Positions 57,254 to 64,000 of a stretch of 64,000 nucleotides of DNA are shown here, one piece after another (the stretch's first letter is position 1; each line of letters begins with the position of its first letter). The DNA is from Bdellovibrionales bacterium (GTDB lineage: Bacteria > Bdellovibrionota > Bdellovibrionia > Bdellovibrionales > Bdellovibrionaceae): contig JANMPT010000097.1 of the NCBI GenBank assembly GCA_031370005.1, positions 83,925 through 147,924 of the forward strand, given 5' to 3'. The notes below the pieces were generated by a model, which had not been told where the DNA came from, searched no databases, and was given only the letters and a program-made list of their open reading frames with translations. A program made the position numbers and the translations under genes.

Positions 57254-58344
57254 TCCGAAAACAAGCGCTTTCGTGCAGCTAATCTCTGGCGTTCCTTATA
57301 TGCATCATGCTCTGATGGTCCCGAAAGGATCGCCTGATGTGCTGCCTGATCCATGATTTGAATCTCGAATGGGTAAAAAAAACTAAAAGGCTCTTTACCA
57401 GCTTGGTGTTGGATGTGAATCAACTTGCGTGTAATAAATTTAATAAAACGATAATCTTCGCCAGAAAAAAAATTTTCTTTGCGAAAGAACTGAGCCTCTT
57501 GTCCCATGGAAAACAGTTTCTCATCAAAAGCCTTTTTCAGCTCCAAGTCACTGTAGCTCTTCCCCGTTGCTTTCAACTCTTTACATACGGTAACAAAAAG
57601 CTCAACGGGATAAATATTGTTAGATGATTGATCAGGCATAATATGCGGAAAACTCATAATATTCTCTTCCACTAAAAAACGAATCACTTGGAAGGAATCA
57701 AATAATGAGCGAGTTACAAAACGGACTCCAAGTTTATCAAAAATTCTTAGCGCCAGGGCATCTGGCTTAGCTAAAAGCTTAATAACAGTACTCGAAGAGG
57801 TTTTAAAAGGCTTTACTTCAAAGCCTAAGAGCTCTACAGGTTCAAATCCCTCATTGGAAGGGCTTTTAAGGTAGGCCTTGTGGGTAGTCCCATCATGATA
57901 TATTGCTTTTTGAAAAGATGTCAAAATCTGACTTTGAATTTCTTCACTGAAACTTGAAAATAAATCATTTTCAGCATGAACATAAACGTGCATACAACGA
58001 AGAATCGCACAAGACCAACGTTGAAGTGTTTGCTCAGATTCCTCCTCGGAGCTTGCTAAGAGCAAAAGTCGACGAATATCTTTGAGGCTTTTTTGTTCAC
58101 GCAAAAGTTCAGGAATTTCTTGCAAATTAAATCCCAATTTTTCAACAATCAATACCAAAGCACGACGATGATAGTACCAAATTTTTTCTTGATCATTCAG
58201 ACTGCTGTAATCAAAACCATAGCTATGAATGAAGGACGTTGCTTGTTCAAGGGACTTGATGTTTAACCGTGGAATATCAATCGCTGAGTGTCCACCAGCA
58301 ACAGATTTCAACATATCTAAATCAAATGAAAATTTTTGAGACAT
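57250..58344 (-). CDS. TIGR04552-like protein (RelA/SpoT nucleotidyltransferase-like fold)
   Basis: KLLAKP...IFDKLGVRFVT...PFEIQI...HDAYKERQ. Confidence 0.7.
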   Translation of the reverse strand: MSQKFSFDLDMLKSVAGGHSAIDIPRLNIKSLEQATSFIHSYGFDYSSLNDQEKIWYYHRRALVLIVEKLGFNLQEIPELLREQKSLKDIRRLLLLASSEEESEQTLQRWSCAILRCMHVYVHAENDLFSSFSEEIQSQILTSFQKAIYHDGTTHKAYLKSPSNEGFEPVELLGFEVKPFKTSSSTVIKLLAKPDALALRIFDKLGVRFVTRSLFDSFQVIRFLVEENIMSFPHIMPDQSSNNIYPVELFVTVCKELKATGKSYSDLELKKAFDEKLFSMGQEAQFFRKENFFSGEDYRFIKFITRKLIHIQHQAGKEPFSFFYPFEIQIMDQAAHQAILSGPSEHDAYKERQRLAARKRLFSE

Positions 58345-58429
58345 ACTAATGATTAATCCCCCTCTAGGACCCTGCTTGCAAGTAAAAACGCAGAGCTTCT
58401 AGAGAGCACGTGCTTAAATGAGAAGCATC

Positions 58430-59083
58430 TTAATTCACCAATCCACAGGTTGCAATAGTGAAAGTCCCCAAGTTACCTGCGGCAGCTTGTCCACCCTTGT
58501 AGCTTGTGTAGTTCTGATAACTAACAGTTCCTGTCACCGTGGACGCATTGACTGTTCCATTTAAAGTGACCTCGCCATATGTATCTTTAAACTGTAATGT
58601 AAAGACTTTTGTTTGCAAGTTCATGGTTCCAGCTGAAGCCGTGTTAAAATTAATCGGATAAGCTTGAACAGCATTTCCACTTGAATCTTTTTGGCCAACA
58701 TAAGAGTCATAAATAGTAATCTTCAAATTCGATTGATCCAGCAGAACACTGCCGTTTCCATCATAACGAAGACGTCCTTCTATCGTCACTCCGCTTTGAG
58801 CATCATTGCCATTCCCGCTAATTGTACCAAAATACTGAGGGTCCACCGTGGCGGAAATAAGTCCCTTTACTCTTTGTTCAAAAGTCGAAGTGCTATCGAT
58901 GTTATTTGCCTCATAAATACGACCAACAGATTGTTGACCGGTTCCACACGTGGATGTATTTCCCGCAACTCCGAGGGCGGGCCCCGAACCTCTTGCCGTT
59001 CGGTCTTCACTTTTCTTTGCGCAGGAGGCAAGAACAGACACTGCAAAAAAAATCACTGTGAGTTTTTTAATATTGATTGTCAT
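58430..59083 (-). CDS. Beta-rich lipoprotein of unknown function
   Basis: Lipobox LASC; GGAG RBS; Gly/Ser/Thr-rich beta strands. Confidence 0.7.
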   Translation of the reverse strand: MTINIKKLTVIFFAVSVLASCAKKSEDRTARGSGPALGVAGNTSTCGTGQQSVGRIYEANNIDSTSTFEQRVKGLISATVDPQYFGTISGNGNDAQSGVTIEGRLRYDGNGSVLLDQSNLKITIYDSYVGQKDSSGNAVQAYPINFNTASAGTMNLQTKVFTLQFKDTYGEVTLNGTVNASTVTGTVSYQNYTSYKGGQAAAGNLGTFTIATCGLVN

Positions 59084-59122
59084 AAGAATCTCCTTAAAGT
59101 TTTTTATACACTTTTAAGAGAA

Positions 59123-59138
59123 CGCAAAGACCATACCT
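59123..59138 (-). promoter_or_regulatory. Putative sigma54 promoter of the lipoprotein gene
   Basis: AGGTATGGTCTTTGCG on the - strand, GG-N10-GC spacing. Confidence 0.4.
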
Positions 59139-59160
59139 GTGAGCAACAATAGAACTGAAT

Positions 59161-59181
59161 TGAGACGTCTCATACTGAGAA
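59161..59181. promoter_or_regulatory. Overlapping palindromes TGAGACGTCTCA and GTCTCA-TAC-TGAGAA
   Basis: Seen directly; belongs to the recurring motif family. Confidence 0.45.
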
Positions 59182-59215
59182 TATTTCCGCTTGTGACAAT
59201 TCACGAGCTCAGCTG

Positions 59216-60436
59216 TCAAAGCTTTAGCTTTTGTTTGGCCAAAATCTTGCCTAACTCAACCCCTGGTTGATCAAAAGCATTGATCCCGAGAAATTCTCCA
59301 AGACCTGCAACCACAAGCTCCCAGAACATGAACTGGTAACCGAGGCTCTCTTCATCCAGAGTACTATACTTCAAGGTTAAAGTTGAGACTCCCTTTTGAT
59401 TTAAGGCTTCTTGAGTAGACTCAGCCTCCACTTTCAAAAGTTCCCCCATGGTGCGCTTCTCAAGGCACTTCGTTTCTAGAAACTGAGCATGTTTAAGTTT
59501 TAAATGACCGCCTTCAGCATCCCCGAAACGTTGAAAGATCACAAATTTATCTTTCGTCCCTTCCATTACCTGCTGCAAGATTGAATGCTGGTCAGAGGCT
59601 CCAATGGCACACAGTGGAGTGCTTACTCGCGGTGCCGGGCTGCCATCTCTGGTAACAGCCTTCCCCAGAGATTCTGCCCAGAGCTGCTGAAACCATAAAC
59701 CGAAACTCTTCATCCGAGAATTGTAAGACCACAACAAAGAAATCCACTCTCCACGCTCAAAGCTTTGAACAAATTGAGCCATCAAAATCACAACGAGCTC
59801 TTGATCCGCCAAGGCCTGGGCCGCTCCCTTGCGCATCTTCTCAAGATTCAAGCCTAAAAAAGCGGCAGGAACTAGTCCTACTGAGGAAAGAACTGAAAAA
59901 CGACCACCGACATCTTGAGGAATCTCAAACTCCGGCACTTTGTGAGTTCGGGCCCACTTTGTGAGAGAGCTCTCTTTGCTTTCTGAAATCACTAGTGAAT
60001 GCTCCGCAAGCTTAAGACCTTTTTCATTATAAACCTGTTCTAGCATTTCTAAAGCGCATAGAGACTCAATTGTCGTTCCACTTTTTGAAACAAAGGCCCA
60101 ACAACTTTCGCGAAGATCCTTAGCAAGTTCCCTGAGAAGAGATTCAAATTCGACTGCATCCACGTTGTCGACAAAGAAGATATTTTTAGCCTGAGCCAAC
60201 TCCTGGATCACACGGGTTCCCAGAGAGCTCCCCCCCAACCCCACTATCACGAGATATTTAAACTGAATGGCTTTCTCACGACCCTGACTTTCAGCACGTA
60301 GCCAGAGCTCCTGGCGCTCAGGCAATTTAGGGAAACCGACTTCTGATCGTTGCAAAAATTTTTTATAAGAGTCACGACAGCGTTTCAGGGTGGCTTCCCC
60401 CGAAGTATGAGAGGCTTGCAAAACTTCCATTAGCAT
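59216..60436 (-). CDS. pgi: Glucose-6-phosphate isomerase
   Basis: GLGGSSLG, SKSGTTIE, VGGRFSVLS, QLWAESLGK and FDQPGVELGK motifs. Confidence 0.95.
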   Translation of the reverse strand: MLMEVLQASHTSGEATLKRCRDSYKKFLQRSEVGFPKLPERQELWLRAESQGREKAIQFKYLVIVGLGGSSLGTRVIQELAQAKNIFFVDNVDAVEFESLLRELAKDLRESCWAFVSKSGTTIESLCALEMLEQVYNEKGLKLAEHSLVISESKESSLTKWARTHKVPEFEIPQDVGGRFSVLSSVGLVPAAFLGLNLEKMRKGAAQALADQELVVILMAQFVQSFERGEWISLLWSYNSRMKSFGLWFQQLWAESLGKAVTRDGSPAPRVSTPLCAIGASDQHSILQQVMEGTKDKFVIFQRFGDAEGGHLKLKHAQFLETKCLEKRTMGELLKVEAESTQEALNQKGVSTLTLKYSTLDEESLGYQFMFWELVVAGLGEFLGINAFDQPGVELGKILAKQKLKL

Positions 60437-60548
60437 AACAAAAAGTCCTATTCATCTGAGTAATTACTTAACGATTGTTTTAGTAAAAAAACATACTAAA
60501 AACATATAGCTAAGGAGCCCTTTGAAGTCCATGAAAACCAAAATATTT

Positions 60549-60566
60549 TTGGCATGATCCCTGCTT
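60549..60566 (+). promoter_or_regulatory. Putative sigma54 promoter of the serine protease gene
   Basis: TTGGCATGATCCCTGCTT fits the TGGCA...TGC pattern (GG-N10-GC). Confidence 0.55.
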
Positions 60567-60676
60567 TTAGGTTTAAGCAGCTTGCTATGACCCCTTTTAA
60601 TTAGTTTAAACCGTTAGAAATATGACGGGAAACGCAATTTTGAGCCCTAGCGACCCAGCAGTAGGTATGGAGAACC

Positions 60677-61534
60677 ATGAAGCACGTAATCACTCTTATG
60701 ATTTTACTTAGTCTGGCGGCCTGTGCGGAGCAATTCAAGCAACCTGTGGGGGAGATCATGACTTCAACCAACGATGACCAAGGCATCGTTGGCGGCAGGA
60801 ATGTGGAGCTTCTCAGTGAAGATGCAGGCAAAGCCGTTTTGATAATTGGCAAACTCAAAGACAAAAGTTATCTCTGTACTGGAAGTATGATTGCCGATGA
60901 TATTGTTCTTACTGCTGCCCACTGCTTAGGTGATCCAAAAAATATTAAAATCGTTTTTGGTGCTGACCCAGTCAATATGGGTGCTGAGCAAATTACAAAA
61001 TTAAAAACCTTTGTAATACATAAAAACTATAATCCAAAGCTCATTATTCGTAATGATATTGCCCTCATCCAAACCGAAGAAAAAAAACCAAAAAACTATC
61101 AAATAGCAAGGCTTCCTTGGGAAGCACAAAATTTGTCGAATATTTTTAAAATAAAAACATCTTTCACGGTTATGGGATATGGAACCATCACAGGACTTCC
61201 GACAAAAGACAAAACAGATCTTCGCGGCTCAGGAACTCTTCGAAAAACCGAACTAAACCTTACAAAATTCTCGCTATCACAAGATGTCTTTTATGCTGAT
61301 CAAAGCCAAGGTCGTGCCGTTTGTTTCGGTGACTCTGGTGGACCCGCATTTGTTGACGCAAATACAATTGTTGGAATGGTCTCCTACAATATCATTGATG
61401 ATCCCTCTCGCCCAGATACGGCAGATGAAGATGTTTGTAACTATCAGTCAGTTTTTACAAATATAATGCGATATAAAACATGGATTTTAGGCGGAATTAA
61501 ATCCATCAGGAACTTGCAAATAAAATTGAAATAA
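60677..61534 (+). CDS. Trypsin-like S1 serine protease (lipoprotein)
   Basis: Lipobox LAAC; IVGG, LTAAHC, NDIAL and CFGDSGGP catalytic triad motifs. Confidence 0.95.
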   Translation: MKHVITLMILLSLAACAEQFKQPVGEIMTSTNDDQGIVGGRNVELLSEDAGKAVLIIGKLKDKSYLCTGSMIADDIVLTAAHCLGDPKNIKIVFGADPVNMGAEQITKLKTFVIHKNYNPKLIIRNDIALIQTEEKKPKNYQIARLPWEAQNLSNIFKIKTSFTVMGYGTITGLPTKDKTDLRGSGTLRKTELNLTKFSLSQDVFYADQSQGRAVCFGDSGGPAFVDANTIVGMVSYNIIDDPSRPDTADEDVCNYQSVFTNIMRYKTWILGGIKSIRNLQIKLK

Positions 61535-61563
61535 AAAAAAGGGAGATTTTTCAATCCCCCTTT
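61533..61563 (-). terminator. Rho-independent terminator of the fad operon
   Basis: On the - strand GGGGGAT-TGAAAA-ATCTCCC followed by T8. Confidence 0.7.
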
Positions 61564-61599
61564 CCCCGAAGTAAACAACAAGATCCATCCGAGCACTTT

Positions 61600-63747
61600 T
61601 TAAGTGTAGAACTTTTTATTCGTTTTCGCCAAGTCCTTTAATGGATTTGCAGGTCGGAGTCTTGCAGCATTTCTCTGCACTGCATACTCTGCCAATTGCG
61701 TCTCAATATAGGTTAAGCCCACACTGTCTGCATACCTAAGTAGCCCTCCACGAAAGGGTGGAAAGCCTGTGCCCATAATCATAGCCAAATCCACCTCATG
61801 GGGTGTTTCAACAATCTTGTCTTCAATTAAAGCCCTGGAGCACTCGTTGATCATGGCAAAAATACCGCGCTCAATGCACTCCTTGGAACTCAAAGGGCTG
61901 GTAGCCGCTTTAAGCCCAAGAGCCCCATAGATAGCATCATCAACTCCCAGGCGCTTTCCGTCCTCAGAGTAAATATAAAAACCCTTACCGTTCTTTTTGC
62001 CTAATCGACCAGTCTTCTCAAGTACATCCATACAGGCAGCCATTTCAACGCGTTCGCCATAGGCCTTTTTAAATATTTTTAAAACCTTAATACAAACGTC
62101 GAGTCCTACTTCGTCCATCAAGGCAAAGGGCCCCATTGGCATTCCAAATTCTTTCACATAAGCTGTATCTACAGTCTTGATGTCCATGCCATCTTGCAAC
62201 AAAAATGCTGCCTCTGCCATATAAGGCAATAAAAGGCGATTTACCAAGAATCCAGGTCCATCTTTAACTACGACAGGCATCTTACCCATTTTTTTAGATA
62301 ATTCAAAAATACTTGCCACAGTTTCATCGCTGGTTTTTTCACCACGAATCACCTCAACTAATGGCATTTTATTTACAGGATTAAAAAAATGCATTCCCAC
62401 AAAATATTGTGGGTGAGGATGCCCCTTAGAGATCTCTGTCACGCTTAAAGAGCTGGTATTTGTGGCAATAATAGCATCAGGACGCATTTTACTTGCACAC
62501 TCTGCTATAACTTTTTGTTTAATACTTATATCTTCAACTATAGCTTCAATAACAACATCTAAATTCATGAAACCAGAGTAATCTGTGGAAACACTCACTT
62601 TGTCTATTTTTTGCCGATATTGATATTTATCGATAGATTTTCGCTTTAATAGCCTCATCCAAAGATCATTGGCATGCTTCAAACCCTTACTAAGAGCCTC
62701 CGTATTTAAGTCCTTCATTCGAACTTCAATACCTTTATCTGCAGCAACATAGGCAATACCGCCACCCATTGTTCCAGCACCGAGGATTCCGATAGCTTTG
62801 GCCTCTCGACCCTTCACGCTTTTGCCAGGAATACCTGTAGATTTTTTTACCATCTCAGTGAGATAAAAAACATGAATCAGATTTTTACTAATTACTGTTA
62901 CTGCCAATTCACAGAAACCTGCGCGTTCAATAGCTAAGGCTTCTTCGCGGTTTGACCAACCATAGGTTTTTTGAATCACTTCCAAAGCTTTCAAGGGTGC
63001 AGGATAATGACCACTCGTGGCCTTTAAAACACCTTCTTTAGCTTTTTTAAAAACAATTCCACGCCCCAAAAAGCTCTCTAGTACTTTATTCACAGCACCT
63101 TTAGGTTGATATTTTTTCGAAGCTTTGCCCTTTATAATAATCTCTTTAGCCCACTTCGTAGCCTCATCCATCAAAATAGCAGGATGAACTACACGGTCCA
63201 CGAGTCCAATCTTTGAAGCTTTTTTGGCATTCACCGATTTACCAGCTAAGATAATATCTAAAGAAGCCTGAAGCCCTAAAAGCTTCGGCATGCGTACACA
63301 ACCTCCGAAGCCTGGTAAAATTCCCAATTGAATCTCTGGAAGACCAATCTTGGTTGAAGAATCTTCTGTAGCCATTCTGTAATCACAGGCCAAGATGAAC
63401 TCACAACCACCCCCCATGCAAGCACCATTTACTGCTGCAATCGTTGGCATTGGCAGATCTTCAACCATATTCATGATTTCCTGCCCCGCGCGGACAGCTG
63501 CCTCGTACTGCTCATGAGTATTCATATTTTTAATTTCTTCAATATCCGCGCCAGCAATAAAAATCTTATTTTTCATAGAAACAAAAATCACGGCTTTGTA
63601 GGAAGACTTTCCGAGCTCTACAATCACATCTTTCATTCTCAACATAACAGGAGTTGAAAGCTTATTAACCTTCTCACCCTGAAGATCCAACTCAACAACG
63701 GCGATATCACCTTGAGGTACAATTCTAATGCTCTCTTGCATACTCAT
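61600..63747 (-). CDS. fadJ: Fatty acid oxidation complex alpha subunit (hydratase / 3-hydroxyacyl-CoA dehydrogenase)
   Basis: FIAGADI, GLPEIQLGILPG, GAGTMGGG, GMHFFNP and GTGFPPFRGG motifs. Confidence 0.9.
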   Translation of the reverse strand: MSMQESIRIVPQGDIAVVELDLQGEKVNKLSTPVMLRMKDVIVELGKSSYKAVIFVSMKNKIFIAGADIEEIKNMNTHEQYEAAVRAGQEIMNMVEDLPMPTIAAVNGACMGGGCEFILACDYRMATEDSSTKIGLPEIQLGILPGFGGCVRMPKLLGLQASLDIILAGKSVNAKKASKIGLVDRVVHPAILMDEATKWAKEIIIKGKASKKYQPKGAVNKVLESFLGRGIVFKKAKEGVLKATSGHYPAPLKALEVIQKTYGWSNREEALAIERAGFCELAVTVISKNLIHVFYLTEMVKKSTGIPGKSVKGREAKAIGILGAGTMGGGIAYVAADKGIEVRMKDLNTEALSKGLKHANDLWMRLLKRKSIDKYQYRQKIDKVSVSTDYSGFMNLDVVIEAIVEDISIKQKVIAECASKMRPDAIIATNTSSLSVTEISKGHPHPQYFVGMHFFNPVNKMPLVEVIRGEKTSDETVASIFELSKKMGKMPVVVKDGPGFLVNRLLLPYMAEAAFLLQDGMDIKTVDTAYVKEFGMPMGPFALMDEVGLDVCIKVLKIFKKAYGERVEMAACMDVLEKTGRLGKKNGKGFYIYSEDGKRLGVDDAIYGALGLKAATSPLSSKECIERGIFAMINECSRALIEDKIVETPHEVDLAMIMGTGFPPFRGGLLRYADSVGLTYIETQLAEYAVQRNAARLRPANPLKDLAKTNKKFYT

Positions 63748-63751
63748 GTTG

Positions 63752-64000
63752 TTACCCTTCACTTTCAAGAATCATCGAACCGCCCTGACCACCACCAATA
63801 CACAATGTTGCCAAACCGAACTGAATATTTTGACGTTGCATCTCTTTCATCAATGTCAGAACCAGACGAGTTCCTGTAGCGCCTACAGGATGACCTAAGG
63901 CAATGGCACCGCCGTTCACATTCAGACGATCCATATTGATCTCGCCTTTTCCTTTTAGAAACTGCAGGTCTTTGGGGTCGAGGGCAAGGCCTTTGTCGAT
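63752..64000 (-). CDS. fadI: Acetyl-CoA acyltransferase (thiolase), C-terminal fragment
   Basis: [17 protein letters not shown] and CIGGGQG motifs; truncated by the window edge. Confidence 0.85.
   Translation of the reverse strand: MDKGLALDPKDLQFLKGKGEINMDRLNVNGGAIALGHPVGATGTRLVLTLMKEMQRQNIQFGLATLCIGGGQGGSMILESEG

Noticed and set aside
52251..57337. Long + strand ORFs 52251-52808, 53789-54304 and 56777-57337
   Set aside because: Antisense shadows of icmF/crt, hbd and plsC

Overview
Gene-dense, AT-rich bacterial chromosomal segment. Gene content points to a Bdellovibrionota (Bdellovibrio-like) predator (inference): an Agl/Glt-type TolQR-TPR-vWA cluster, a TIGR04552-like protein, IcmF, many secreted proteins and lipoproteins, and a trypsin-like protease. 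Most of the window is housekeeping: mnmA fragment, iscS, tsaE, pdxJ, glmM-cdaR-cdaA, ftsH, tilS, glpX, pgsA, tRNA-Gly(GCC), feoAB, queD, psd, icmF-crt-hbd, plsC, pgi, fadJ and a fadI fragment. Strongest candidate novel system: a three-gene operon (40934->38745, - strand) directly downstream of feoAB. It encodes a Cyc2-like outer-membrane beta-barrel with an N-terminal CxxCH haem motif, a lipoprotein with two tandem c-type haem domains, and a small periplasmic cytochrome c, i.e. a possible trans-envelope electron conduit. Other notable items: a 10-gene Agl/Glt cluster followed by a divergent HD-GYP gene; a thioredoxin/ArsR/rhodanese/TolC/RND/YgaP cluster with no periplasmic adaptor; a tRNA-Gly with a compensatory A19:U56 elbow pair; four sigma28-like promoters placed for leaderless transcripts; a recurring intergenic TCTCA-N3-TGAGA palindrome; a 30-bp perfect inverted repeat; and head-to-head QueD/PTPS-III paralogues. 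No CRISPR array, rRNA, integrase or transposase was seen. All family calls are from motif recognition by eye; no database searches were run.
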